Of a stretch of DNA of 64,000 bases, positions 13,494 to 27,333 are shown piece after piece. Source of the DNA: Eledone cirrhosa. Its lineage: Eukaryota. Positions within the stretch are counted from its first letter, which is position 1. Each line of letters begins with the position of its first letter. The position numbers and the translations under genes were made by a program. The notes under the pieces were generated by a model. It saw only the letters and a program-made list of their open reading frames with translations. It did not search any database and was not told the DNA's origin. Location: assembly GCA_964016885.1 (NCBI GenBank), contig OZ024740.1:124868001-124932000 (forward strand), given 5' to 3'.

Positions 13494-13696
13494 TCCTTTG
13501 TCAGTGTTGAACAAACGAGCAACGGTGGTTGCTAGGCACTACGGCTTAATACGGGATGTTTGTTTACAAACACACCGAGCATTATAATAAATGTTCGGCG
13601 AATCCATACGTGCATATATATATGTGTGCATGTATGTATATATATATATACATACTACTGTACGTCGGTATACATATATGTATGTACGTGTACATA

Positions 13697-13776
<80 letters not shown>

Positions 13777-13794
13777 TATATATAGATACATGTA

Positions 13795-13850
<56 letters not shown>

Positions 13851-14052
13851 ATTATGTATCAGCCGTACTAAGAGTGAGAAATGAAATTTCGTTTAATTCT
13901 TTTCCATTTATATATATATGTATATATAACAAAGGAATTGTGGTAAGGAACCAGATGGAACATAACGCACCAGAGTACTCAATACTTAGGATAGTAGAGT
14001 CCAGAAATAGCCAAATCGGCTTGAGGTCTGCCGTCGGGGTCATACATTTTCC

Positions 14053-14085
<33 letters not shown>

Positions 14086-14282
14086 GGATACTATTTATGG
14101 TTATGTATATACTAAAACTTTTTATAGTTATATATATTTTCAACCCTGAACAGTGAAGGTCAGTAATTAATTACTACCTTATTACCATTAAGATAAATAG
14201 CTCAATGTAATAACATCAGTTGTTCTACAGTGAAGTTATATAGAATTCACAAGAATCAAAGCTATGTTCAAAGCATTTATTA

Positions 14283-14327
14283 ACTTACAATTGTTTCATC
14301 CAAACCTAGGTTTGGAGTCTTCGGAGC
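14283..14327 (-). ncRNA. Type I hammerhead ribozyme, variant core CCGAAGA
   Basis: GCU-CCGAAGA-C-UCCAAAC(CUAG)GUUUGGA-U-GAAA-CAAUUGU-A-AGU, in the PLE 3' terminal region and in sense orientation. Confidence 0.7.
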
Positions 14328-15889
14328 ATTTTCCAATGTTTGTACACATGATTGATCTCCTTTCTAACGCAAGAGACATACAGATACATATGTATATATT
14401 GATGTACAGTGGACTGACATATATTATATTATATTACTTCCGTATAGCAATTCAAATTCAAAGTCAAGATCAATATCAAAATTACAACAAAATTAAAATT
14501 GAAACAAAATTAAAATACATTCGGTAGTTAACATAGATAATGCAAGAGTATAGTTTATTAGTCAGATGTAGTAGTTATTGTATGCGTTAGTTATGTGTGT
14601 CTCACTTATATATGATTATTGTGTGGCAGGGTGTTACATGTAATACAAGCACTTTATGTGGGTAAGCAAGAGTATTATGGAGGTTGCAGTGGTAAGGTAT
14701 TTTTTGTATATGATAAATAAGTATGTGCGCAAAAAAATAGAAATAGAAAGGAGAAGCAAAAGAGAGTTATGGTTTTCGTATCCACCACCATTTTTACATT
14801 CAGGAAATGTAATATATTGTATATACATCCATCACATAATTAACGATGATTCCGTATTGGATGTTTGATGCATTAAATTAAATTATTTTAGCTTATTGTG
14901 GCTCAGTGTTCTTTTATCCAATTTTATAGGGTAAGATTGTTTCTGTTGCGAGAATTTACATCGGTTTATTATCCAGAATTATGTGTGTAATTAATGCGTA
15001 AGGGGAGGTAACTAGCTGATTTTCATAACTAAATTATTGTTCTAACATACATTATAAGGTGTCTCAATTGAGTCCCTTCTATAGACGGTTATATATTTAT
15101 ATCCAGTTTCCAATTTTAAACACAGTCTACTCTATCATGATGTACTAAAGGTTTCAAAAAGTATGATTACTCCCTATCATAGAGTGCTACAACTGGATAT
15201 TCCATACAAAGAGCCACATCTTTATATCAAAGTTCCCTGCAAATGTAGTCTACTCACAGAACATGTCAGGTGACCTATTAGTACTATGTCTACATAACCC
15301 CTGGTAAGTTCTGGAGCAGCGTATGGCTGTCTGCATGGCAAATCCAAATATATCTCTATGGCAGACAAAAACATCCCTCATTTACAATGTCATTAATGTA
15401 TCCATCAAGTTGTATTTGCATATATAACTCACTTCCCATTCATACACAATTCATTTCACTCAACATATAGGTTATACAGATCTCTTATGTTAATAAATTA
15501 ATCTTATATATATCCAATGTTATCACTCCATACATACAAATACATTTGCATAAGTAATTCATTGTCGAATCTGGTGTTTAAAGCTTACATAGACTGTATT
15601 GCCTAATTATAATTATATGTGATACCCCATGAACACCCACCCCTAGTATAACCACCGTCAACTACTATATAATTATAAGCAGTTGAAAGTAATTACCCCA
15701 AAAGTAGGTGCCCATGGGGATATTTCTAGGGTGTAAAGTTATAGACAGATGGAATGATTTGTGTTGAGATAGGGTGGATCAGAGAGTGTGGAGTTGTGGT
15801 GTAAGGTGTGCCCTTGAGGTGTAGTGTTAGAAGTGGTGATGGGTTCAAGTCTGACATTGTTATATATTGGTTTTAAAGTTTTGGAAGGA

Positions 15890-17175
15890 GTGTCGGAAGC
15901 GGTGCTGGCAAGACGCAAACACTTTCGATTTTTTATTAAGGAGGTTATGGTTTGAGAAGATTATAGTATGGGTCTCTATTAGACAGAGGTTGCAGAATTT
16001 ATTAGGTGGTTTGTACGATTCCGCCTTACCTATCACTTCCCATTAGGTGTATAAGCTCTATTTTTAGTTTTTAGATAGTGTATGTAGCTAGATAGTGATG
16101 TGGATTTGGCTAGACTGTGTTTTTTGAAAGAATGGAGGTGCGAATTGTATCTGGTTTTGAAGTTCGAAGTAGAGCCTATATAGGTTTCAGAGGATTTGCT
16201 AGTTATGACGGTGCATGAGTATATGATGTCCTTGATGAAGCAGTTTTTATCTAAAGGGCAGGTTCTATTAGATCTACAGTTACAATTATTTTGGATGTTA
16301 ACCTGCCAGTTATTATGTTGTGTAGAAGTCTGGTTGCTAGTTATTGCATTATGGCTGTGGGGGTTGTCGCTCCCAGCGTTATTGCTTACACTAGTGTTAT
16401 TACTATTATTACTATTGATATCAGGGTTTGTAGATATAACGTTGTTTAGAAGGTTTACCTCCTGCCGTGTTTTAGTTTGTTGGAAGTAAGTATTAATTTT
16501 TCTTTTATTGCTACTAGCTATGTGGTATGCTATGTTAGGCGTGTTAGAGTAGGAGATTTTAATTGTGTTTTTGTTTATAAGACTATGGTACTTGTGGCCA
16601 GATGGGAAGTTTTTATCCAAAAGTGAGAAGAAAGCCTTAGATAGGTTGGTAGAGACGTTTAGATTGAAAGGTGGGTTGAAAAATGTATTATTTCTTCTTC
16701 CATTTTTGTTTTTTATGCCTGATGCGATGCTTCCATTTATCGTATTTTGGTGACTTCTGTGGTGTGGGTTACGTTTGTTGCCATCCTTCGTACTAGTGTG
16801 TGTGTGGTTATTACTCTTATTACTATTTTTCCTCATGGACATATTGTGTGAAATAATGTTGTAACTATGTGTTTTTGTAGGTAGGAACTCGATCTCATTA
16901 TTATGGTCTGATCTAGCTAATGTCTGATTATAATATTGTGAGTTTTTGCTAAATATGTTTTCGTCATAAGATAGATTAGAGATTCTATTGGATATTCCCT
17001 TAGAGATAGAGTTTAATATTGATCTAGGATGGTTAGACTTGGTGTCTACGTAAATCAGTTTTCGTTAGGTTTATGGAATGGTGTATATATCCTAGAGTCT
17101 AGGTAGAGGGTGGCATCTAGGAAGTTAACGTTTTTAGTGTTTTTGTCTATGGTGATACTTGGGTTATAGTTTTTG
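15890..17175 (-). pseudogene. PLE RT-thumb/GIY-YIG ORF, disrupted
   Basis: ORFs 16033-16842 and part of 17055-17465, joined across stops and frameshifts. Confidence 0.85.
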
Positions 17176-17209
17176 AGGAGGTCAATCATGTGTACAAACA
17201 TTGAAAAAT

Positions 17210-17254
17210 GCTCCGTAGATACCAAGCCTAGGTTTGGATGAAACAATTGTAAGT
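17210..17254 (+). ncRNA. Hammerhead copy in the inverted arm, core mutated (CCGTAGA)
   Basis: Same sequence as 14283-14327, with an A6>U change and stem II mismatches. Confidence 0.55.
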
Positions 17255-17320
17255 TAATAAATGCTTTGAACATAGCTTTGATTCTTGTGAATTCTATATA
17301 TATGTATATACAAGCACTTT

Positions 17321-17432
<112 letters not shown>

Positions 17433-18006
17433 TATACATACATATGTATATATATATACATACATATATATATATATCTAGCAGTCTCTCTCTCTGTTAG
17501 CCTCCTCCTCAACTTTCACTCACTCATTCTCTGTCACTACCTCTACTCCTCCTCCTCTTTCCTCCTCTTTCTTCCCGCTTGACCTTTCCGATTTCTTTTC
17601 TCTCGCGTTCTTGGTCAAGCCGGTATGAAATTTTATTTCTCTCTCTCTCTCTCGTCTGCGACTTCACAGAACTTATGTTTACCGAATTCGCAGACCAGAC
17701 CCCTTCTTCTTCCCCCCGTTAGACCTGTGCGAAATTCCTTCCTTGCTCACATTTCAACCAGGTTTGATGGTCTTTTGTCTCTTGTTCACGATTTCACCGA
17801 GTTTATATTCATAGAAATCTGGGACTTGTCTCTTTCTTCTCACTTTCCGTTGCTTAAACCATTTTGTTTGTTCACCCTAACGTCCCCTTTATTTACGTGT
17901 CCCAACGACTTTTTTTAGCCGTTGTTCGCACCAACCTGAGGTATATGGCCCTTAAAGCGATGAAATGCCTGGGACGGTTGGAGGGTCACTGATGAAGGAC
18001 TTACCT

Positions 18007-18188
<182 letters not shown>

Positions 18189-19234
18189 GTATGTATACAT
18201 ATATATATATATCATTATCTATAAAAGGCAGTAATCTATAAAGTACCAGTAATGTACTGGGTAATTGCTGGCCTTGTGCCAATAGTAGAAACAATTATCT
18301 ATAAAAGGCAGATTGTTGTTGTTGTTGTGTCTGTATGCACATGTTCCATGTTTATACAACATTTGCACAATTTCAAACCGATTCGAGTCAAAGTCTGTGA
18401 GAATGTTGTAAATGGTCTAACTTAGGTCACCGACTATTTATTCCATTCAAACTCACCCACAATTATGGAAATAATTGATAAAACTAAATACATGACGTGT
18501 TAATCCTCTAATAGAATCTGCTTACCTCTCTCTACTCCCCTTCAAATTCGATAAAACTACATACATGCTTACACACTTCCTTTAGGAACGCCGAAGAGAG
18601 AGAAGAGAGGGAGAGGGAGAGAGAGAGAGAACGTTTGTTTTTGAGTGTGGAACGGTCAAACATTTATTTACTTCAATGACAAAGATAAATTAACTCTCCC
18701 CCATATCACACCCCTCCCTACTGTCTTAAATTTAGAAAACACACATGAGACAACCATGCAGAACAACTCCATCACAGCTCTGTTGTTCGGCTGACATCGT
18801 CTACGCGTGTGTTGCGCAAGTACTGTGAAACAATAAATTTCAACACTTTGCACAGAGATAATCCATAGGCGAAACTACAATTGTCACTGCTGGCGCAGCT
18901 CCTGCTTCGGCAGTCCAGGTCTGCAATTCATTCACCCAGTGCCTGGCAGACAAAAAAGTGCTGCCATAAAATGGGTGGTACAACCTAACTTTGGTAACTT
19001 ACTGACCCCAAGCAACGCCGAGCTTTAATGCTAGTATATATATATATGTGTGTGTGTGTGTGTGAAGGTGCATGTGTATATATATATATATATATATAGG
19101 AAAAAGTATGACCCCAACGGCAGAGCTCAAGCCGTTTTCGCTATTTCTGGACTATACTATCCTAAGTATTGAGTACTCTGGGGCGTTATATATATATATA
19201 TATACATATATATATGTGTGTGTGTGTGTGTGTG

Positions 19235-19498
19235 AAGGCGCATGGCTTAGTGGTTAGAGCATTGGGCTAGAAATTGAAAGGTTATGAATTCAATTCTCTG
19301 ACACGGTGATGTGTTGTTTCCTTGAGCAAGACACTTTATTCCAAGTTGCTCTAGTTTTCTCAGCTGTAGAAATGAGTACCGGCCTGCCTGCCCAGCCAGA
19401 GGGATGGCGTTCTCTTATGGCTAAAATAGCACAACGTGGTGTGACCAATGGCACCGCATGTCGCCCGACAGACTGGTTAGTCAAGGTGATCAAGGTGA
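19235..19498 (+). mobile_element. tRNA-derived SINE
   Basis: GGCGCATGGCTTAGTGGTTAGAGC A-box head and CCTTGAGCAAGACACTTTATT body. Confidence 0.75.
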
Positions 19499-19661
19499 TA
19501 TATATATATATGCATTTTTATATATATATATATAAATGGACAAGAATGAAAACGAAATTTCATTACTCACTCTTAGTACGGCTGATACATACTTACATAT
19601 ATATATATGTGTATATATATATATACATGTTTCTATATATATATATATATATGCTTTTGAT

Positions 19662-22335
19662 AGTAAGGAAGAGAAATTAGAGTCGTACAATATAGAGGAA
19701 CACTGGGAATTCCTGAAAGCTAACCTGCTGAGGGCGACAGATGAAACCTGTGGCTGGAGCAGACCTATAGGCAGGAGGATAGTAACTTGGTGGTGGAACA
19801 GTAAGGTGGAGGGGTCAATCAAGGCCAAAAAGCAGGCTTGGAAAGCATGGTGGGATGGGGGAAGTAGAGAAGACTTTCAAGTGGCCAGGAGGGAAGCTAG
19901 GAGACAAGTGTACTTTGCCAGAAGGGAAGCAGAGGAAAGAAAGTTCAAGCATGTTCTACAACGCGAGGACCAAAAACGTGAGGTGTTCAGGATTGGTAGG
20001 CAATGTGTTAAGGAAAACAGTGATATTGTCAGGGAGAAGTGTGTCCTTAATGATCATGGTGTACTAGCCATCATTGACTCTGATAAGAAGGTAGCTTGGA
20101 AGTGTCACTACGAAAGGCTACTAAATGAGGAGAATAATTGGGAGAAAGGCAGTCTCCCCCACATCGTCCCAATAGAGGGACCAGCAGTGCAAGTTGAAGG
20201 TAGTATAATAAGTAAGGCGATCAAAGACATGAAGACGGGCAAGGTGGTCAGGCCTTTGGAAATAGCTGCTGAAATGCTGAAATCATCTGGAACGGTGGGA
20301 CACACTATGGTCACCCGGGTAGTAAACGAGGTCATACACAATGGGGTCGTTCCGAAGGACTGGCGCAGCAGCATCATCATTAACTGCTACAAGGGTAAAG
20401 ATGATGCCCTAGATAGGGGAAACTATAGAGGCATTAAATTAATTGACCAGGTCATGAAGGTCAAAGAAAAAGTAATAGCGCAACTAATCAGAGAGCGAAT
20501 TGATCTAGATGAAATGCAGTTCGGGTTTGTGTCAGGTAAAAGTACAACAGACGCTCGCTTCATCGTACGACAACTACAGGAGAAGTACCTATCTAAAAGT
20601 AAACCCCTATACTTAGCCTTGTTGACTTGGAGAAAGCCTTTGACAGAGTACCCCGCTCGATTATCTGGTGGGCCGTTAGAAAACTAGGTGTTGATGAATG
20701 GCTTGTGAGAGCTATACAAGCCCTGTATAAAGAAACAGTCAGCAAGGTTAGAATTAACAACGAATATAGTGAAGAGTTAGCGTAAAAGTTGGTGTTCATC
20801 TGGGCCCCGTCCTTAGCCCCCTACTATTTATTATTGCCCTTCAGGCTATAACAGATGAGTTCAAGACCAGCTGCCCATGGGAACTCCTATAAGCAGATGA
20901 TCTAACTCTCATAGCTGAATCAATGGCTGAACTAGAGAAGAAATACCAAACATGGAAGCATGGCCTAGAATAAAAAGGCCTTAAAGTTAACTTGTCTAAG
21001 ACTAAAGTTCTAGTTTGTAGGAAGGAGAATAGGGCACCGGTCCCATCTGGGAAATGGCCATGCTCAGTGTGTAGGAAAGGAGTAGGCAGAAACTCCATTT
21101 TATGTCCCAAATGCAAAGTATGGGTGCATAAAAGATGTAGTGGGATCACAGGTAAGCTAACTAAGAACATAGATTTTACATGTGGCCGGTGCTCTGGTGA
21201 AATAAGTAGCAGCAAGTGCTCAAAAAATACTAGCTCTTTCAATTGCGCAGAGGGTTCTATAGAAATAGTGGACAGCTTCTGGGTGACAGAATCAGCAGTG
21301 GGGGAGGGTGCTCCGAAAGTACTGTAGCTAGAGTCAGAACGGGATGGAAAAAGTTCAGAGAGCTTATACCACTATTGGCCGCTAAAGGGTTCTCTCTAAA
21401 AATGAAAGGAAGGCTGTATGATGCCTGCATACGAACAACAATGTTACATGGCAGTGAGACCTGGGCATTGTGTGCAGATGATATACGCAGACTGGAGAGA
21501 AATGAAGCTTGCATGCTCCGCTGGATGTGTAAAAGTAATATATGTGAACGGCAAAGCATAAACGAACTAAGGGAGAAATTAAGAATAAGAGGGATCAGAT
21601 ATTGTTTACTCGCGAGAAGACTACGTTGGTACGGTCACGTGATGCGCATGAAAGACGACAGCTGTAATAAAAAGTGCAGGGTGATAAAAATAGACTGTAG
21701 CCACGGAGTAGGCAGACCCAGAAAAACCTGGGACGACTTGATAAATTCCGACCTCACACACTTACACCTCTCCAAGACAATGTCACTGGACCGAGATCTT
21801 TGGCGCTACACAGTTATACAGAAGACCCGCCTTGCCTAAGTACAAAGCGAAACCTACAGTCAGTAGGCACCTCTAACAAAATACACCCCATCCCACCCCA
21901 TCCACAGCACCCCCTTAAATGTGAAGTTATGTTGGTACCACAACATCCAGTCCGAAACAAATGAGGTCATGTAGGTGTCTCGACAACAAACACACAGTCC
22001 ATGCTGTAATGTGGCCGTGTATGTAACAGGGTAAAAACCTCCCAGTACACACTGTAAACGTGGTTGGTGTTGGGAAGGGCACCCAGCCGTAGAAAACCCG
22101 CCAGATGTATAGGTGTCACGACAATAAAACACACAGTCCACACTGTAATTTGGCCGTGTAAGTAACACATTAAAAACCTCCCAGTCCACACTGTAAACGT
22201 GGTTGACGTTAGGAAGGGCATCCAGCCGTAGAAAACCCACCAGACAGTCCTGAGCAAGACAACCAATCTTGCCTCAATTCCCGTCCAGACCCATGCTAGC
22301 GTGGAAAATGGACGTTAAACGATGATGATGATGAT
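19662..22335 (+). mobile_element. 5'-truncated RTE-clade LINE (RT with PHD-like Cys insert), several stops and frameshifts
   Basis: TWWWN, NYRGIKLI, QFGF..STTDA, DLEKAFDRVP (frameshifted), YADD mutated to TAA-GCA-GAT-GAT, MLHGSETW, RLRWYGHV, GRPRKTW. The 3' UTR has tandem units and a (GAT)n tail. Confidence 0.93.
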
Positions 22336-22381
22336 ATATATATATATACATCCATATATATATATATACATACATACATAA

Positions 22382-22477
<96 letters not shown>

Positions 22478-22563
22478 ATAACAGGATTGTGCCATTTCCA
22501 TCTCTCAAATTTCAAGAAACGTACCCACAAATATGCAATATTTTAACTTATTATGAGCTCTTT

Positions 22564-22596
<33 letters not shown>

Positions 22597-22662
22597 GTGG
22601 TAGAACACTGAAAGGTAATATCTGCAGTGGTAGAGTACTCAGTCCATGGGACGAGTTAGGTG

Positions 22663-22793
22663 GAAGTGGTTACACAACAGTTAGTTCACCATACCGATAA
22701 CAATTGTTTCACCTTAGCGGATTCTCAGCTCAGATCCGCTGAGGTGAAACAATTGTTCTCGGTATGGTGAACTAACTGTTGTGTAACCACTTC
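22663..22793. repeat. 60-bp-arm inverted repeat containing the 3' half of a hammerhead
   Basis: Arms 22663-22722 and 22734-22793, 2 mismatches, 11-nt spacer. Each arm contains GAAACAATTGTT. Confidence 0.9.
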
Positions 22794-22806
22794 TATATAT
22801 ATATAG

Positions 22807-23186
22807 GCATTTTACTCCTGGCAGAGCCCATCCCTCTCCAGGCCCGAGTACAGCAGATTTCTTCCAGAGAAAGATAGCAAGTGAAAGAGAGGAAATGAGA
22901 AAGAGATATAGAGGAAGAATCGATTCCAATACTAGGCTGTACTTTTTTTAATTGACTTCGAAAGGAGGAAAGGCAAAGTCGACCACTGTGGGATTTGAAC
23001 TCTGAGAACAGACAGCCGGAATGAATACCAATAAAGTATTCTAACTGTCATTCTAATGACTCTGCCAATTTGCCTCTTACAATTACAAATACAATTAGCC
23101 AAAATGGAGTTCCTCTGAAGAGTCTTTGGAGTGCATAGTTCACCAATCAGAGAGTCACTCCAGGTAGAACTGTTACTTCTCTGAAT
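22807..23186 (+). repeat. 380-bp near-identical direct duplicate of 28610-28989
   Basis: Direct comparison, GCATTTTACTCCTGGCAG...CTTCTCTGAAT in both. Confidence 0.92.
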
Positions 23187-23589
23187 ATATATATATGTGT
23201 TTGTGTGTGTGTGTGTGTTTGTGTATAAAGGGTTGTGCCATTTCCATCTCTCAAATTTCAAGAAATATACCCACAAATATACAATATACGTTTTAACTTA
23301 TTATGAGCTTTTTACAGTTTGTATGTGTAGTTTGAGAAAAGGGTTAGTTAAGAATTAGAGTAAGTGGCCGGATATTTAGTGAGGGTGTTAGTTAGTTATA
23401 TCAATTCTAGAACATGGCTTGTACTTCAAATTATTAGCACAGGGAGAATAAAATACACTTTTGCCCTCAGCAGGATTTGAATTCTGAAAGTCTTTGGGCC
23501 AGAAAAAATCGGATTGTTCCAAAACAGTTGCACTGAAAAAAGAAACTGAAAGTATAATTATTGCAGATCATATCAAGCACTGGCTACTA

Positions 23590-24095
23590 ACCCGTGAGTT
23601 CACCAAAGAAACAAATATGTATCTCCTTGTGCAATGAGTACAACATAACAATATCACATATTGTTTGTGAATGTTCTAATCTTTCACAAAATCAATACAA
23701 GCTATGGTAGCATTGAGAGGTTGCTAAGATATTACATTGGAAGTTATGTAAGAAATGGGAATTTGCAAAAGGAAAAACCTAGTATGCTCATAAGCCACAG
23801 ACCAAACCATAAAAGCTAATAGACCAGATATCATTGTAAAAGACCAACATGTGATCAAAATATCACGGCAAAAGTATTTGACAAGCTAAGAAAATATGAA
23901 GATCTGCTCATTGAAATTGAAAAAATGTGGCACCTCAAGGCCATTACAATAACAGTGATTGTTGGGGCACTGATAATGATCAAGAAAGAAACAGAACATT
24001 ATTTCAGAATGATCTCTAGTTTACCCTTTCTGCAAGAGTTGCACAACAGTTTTAACTGGTACTGCATATGTATTGAGAAGAGCATTATCTCTCTG
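23590..24095 (+). mobile_element. Decayed restriction-like-endonuclease (R4/Dong/NeSL-type) LINE 3' end
   Basis: Remnants of IKANRPDIIVKD, KLRKYEDLLIEIEKMWHLK and VIVGAL. Confidence 0.7.
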
Positions 24096-24471
24096 AAATT
24101 TATAATCAATTTGGTGCGTTAACTGGCTTCCCAAATTTATACAGTGAGTTTATTTGCTCTAGGTGTCAGAAGAGCAACCAGTTTATAACAGAAAACACTG
24201 AAGGAAAAGGCAAAACAATGATAACAATAATAATAATTACAATTATTTTATAATAATTATAATTATTTTATAACAAGATATAACGTTTAGAAGAAGTTAA
24301 AGAAAGATTTCTTTCAAAGTGAAACAAATTTTTTAAAGAAACATTATTTTGATAATGAATTGTACTGTTACATTGAAGTTAATGAACAAAGATTATTTCA
24401 TAACTGGATGTATTTATATCAAAAAGAAGGTAAAGAAGCATTTCAAAATGATACAAACTTTATTTTGATAG

Positions 24472-25160
24472 TGGCGCATGGTTTCGTCATTGGCGGCTAA
24501 ACTGACGACCCCACCAAGTTTGCTTAGTGAGAAGGGTGATTTTTGGACATCCTGCAGAATGAAAAACAAAACCCATCAAAGGGTGGAGGAACACAGAGTC
24601 AATGGCCATCCAAAAATGTGTAAAATATCCAGCTTTAGAGCATAAAATACTGGATTGGTGATTAATGCTCACTTCAATTTTAAGGTTTGAGGGCGTCATT
24701 AAGTCATTTACATCACCCTCAAAAGATGGGGTCTTAAAAAAAAAAATGGTTATGGTGGAACTTTAAAACCAGTAACTTCAATGAGTGAAAAGAATTAAAA
24801 GAATTGTTTACACAAAGGTGTGAATGGTGTCGGTGCTTCTAGTGAAGATGTCTCGTCTGGCAGGTGAACAGTGGTTAAGGACCTGTTGTCATCATAACTC
24901 AGCTAGAATGAAGTGGGTAAGGAGGTAAACAAGGCTGTTATGGAGTGCTACTTTAGAAGCAAGCCAGTGAACGAAAATGGTGTGCCAATTAGAGGATATA
25001 GGCAAAATATATTATGAGTATGACAAGAGATAGAGCTCTTTGAATCAACTGAAGAGAGGATTTGTGTTCATACAAGGGCAATATACAAAAAGAGATGACT
25101 GCCTGAGATCGAGATTGAAATGATAAAGAAAATGATAAGCCAGGATGGTGTGGAGGATAT
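24472..25160 (+). mobile_element. 5' region of an R4/Dong-like LINE
   Basis: The 5' UTR is shared with 39395-39530. Remnant frame ARMKWVKEVNKAVMECYFRSKPVNENGVPIRGYRQ. Confidence 0.55.
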
Positions 25161-25507
25161 ATATATATGTATTTTTTATGTTACTCCATCAGTTATGGTG
25201 ATGAATGTTCCAGTTGTTAATAGCATCAACAGAAAAACCTTGCAAGTGGCTGAGCAATAATCAGACATGTCTATACTTAACCTAGTTCTTAGGGAGTTTC
25301 AGTTTGACACAGAATGTGACAAGGCTAGCACTTTGAATTACAGGTACAACCTACTTTTGCAAACTGAGTGGACTGTAGCAATGTGAAATAAAGTGTCTAT
25401 AGTTCAAGGACATAGTGGACCACCAGGAATCAACCTTACAACGTTGCAATTGTGTTGGTGAATAACCAAAACCACTAAACCATTCACCTTTACATACACA
25501 CACACAT

Positions 25508-25541
<34 letters not shown>

Positions 25542-25921
25542 CATTATCATAGAGCATCAGACACCAACATACTGTTACGGCCCTTTACAGACTGGCAAGG
25601 TTAATTTTGCCTTTCATCCTTACAGGATCAATAACATAAAGCACCAGTAATGCATTGGTGTTGATTTGATTGACTTTCCCTTCACGCCAAATTTCTGGCC
25701 TTCTGCCTATAGTAGAAATCATTATTATTATCTTTCGTTTCTGAATTTCTTTATCAAGATTCTTTATCTGAAAACGTGTGTTGAAACCGATATTGTTATA
25801 CTTTGGGAGGGTCATGTTGCCAATAAGAAACACACGCACCAGTTGCTTTCACTTCAATTTATTATAATAAATTTATAAATTTAGGAATTTATAAATTTCC
25901 GGTTTATTATCATTATTATAT

Positions 25922-26242
25922 AGGTGCAAATCCCGCCGAGGTTGACTTTGCCTTTCATCCTTACGGGGTCGATAAAATAAAGTACCAGTAATACACTGGG
26001 TAATTGCTGGCCTTGTGCCTAACGTAGAAACAATTATTATATAGGTGCGGTGGATTGGCAGTATCGGTAGAGGGTTGGACGCCATGCTTTGCAGCAAAGA
26101 GTTACGGCCCTTTATGGTCTGAGTTCAGATCCCACCGAGGTTAACTTTGCCTTTCATCCTTACGGGGTCGATAAAATAAAGTACCAGTAATACACTGAGA
26201 TAATTGCTGGCCTTGTGCCTAAAGTAGAAACAATTATTATTA
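25922..26242 (+). mobile_element. Tandem tRNA-derived SINE copies
   Basis: GGTGGATTGGCAG head, GAGTTCAGATCCC B-box-like motif and repeated TTTGCCTTTCATCCTTACGGGGTCG body. Confidence 0.8.
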
Positions 26243-27301
26243 TCATTTTTACAAATTCTCAATGCACTTGCACAGCATAGATTTTAGAGATGGCATATCT
26301 GCTAGTGTTGCTTATTTTGCAGGCAATAACAATATTGAGACTGTTTATAAACTCTTTGTTGATAGTTGTTTATGTCCTCGATAAACAATATATAATGTAG
26401 TCTTAGAAAACCTCTCAGAAATGTATTTCATTCAATGCATGTAACTACGTGTTTGCATAAGAAAGAGCATCCAGTCATAGAAAACCTGCCTCAAAACATT
26501 TGGGTGAATTAAGGATGTTGATTTACTTGCAGGCAGGACTTAATTCCCTTTATCTTTCACCTACTTGAAGTTATGGTTAACAAGGTTTATGAGCCTTCAA
26601 CATCTTCAGCTTTGGATATCATGCTAACTCTTTCATCATATTCATCAAAGAGAGGAAAATTGTTTGGCCCTCCTGGCCAAAACATAAACATGACTAGCAG
26701 GGTGATCTTCACAATGGATCTAACTGACAGTTGGATCCATCTAGCATGTGATAGTAGCTATTCAACATTATTCTGCATTAGCTTGTCATGCTGCATAATT
26801 AGCTTGCACTGCTGAATTGAAATCATCTACCCAACCATGTGAAAAGCTTTCTATCTCTTCCTTTTCATCAATTCTATCACCCCTTCCATGCAAAGAAAAA
26901 GAAAAGGAAGCAAAAAATACTGAACTTAATATGAAGGATTTGATAAAATCATAAGATTGATAAATGAAATGTAACTTTGATGATCCAGAGTCGTTTCTAT
27001 GGAAGTTATTAATTACTGAAATCTGATGAACTCATAATTGGATTATTATAGATCCAGGATCACTGATGGATGCTCCTGAATATGAAGTATGGAAAGATGA
27101 GGAGATAAACATTTTGCATCATTAAACTGATGTGTGCAATTGTGCTTCAGGATTCTTCATTGAAGCAATAATATTTTTTATGTATTTATTTTCTTTTACT
27201 TATCACTGAATATGTGTATGCGTATTTATTTACTTCTATCTTCTTATCATAATATTTTGTTGTGTGTATGATTCATACATATACTCACATACGCACAACT
27301 G

Positions 27302-27333
<32 letters not shown>

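Larger units (their letters stand above)
12627..13699. mobile_element. Retrozyme-like 420-bp-unit insertion, head-to-head (12627-13081 minus; 13082-13699 plus)
   Basis: Both halves are near-identical reverse complements of the 420-bp unit. They are flanked by (TA)n and carry one HHR each. Confidence 0.85.
14080..17298 (-). mobile_element. 5'-truncated Penelope-like element (CNC..CPL linker type) with ~120-bp inverted terminal segment
   Basis: Minus-strand [61 protein letters not shown]. 17176-17298 is the reverse complement of ~14237-14360. Confidence 0.9.

Noticed and set aside
24472-24580. HDV-like ribozyme at a LINE 5' end (also 39395-39470)
   Set aside because: Hairpins exist, but the nested double pseudoknot could not be assembled by eye.
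26520-27130. Possible host exons
   Set aside because: Short frames with stops, no recognisable protein and no consistent splice chain.
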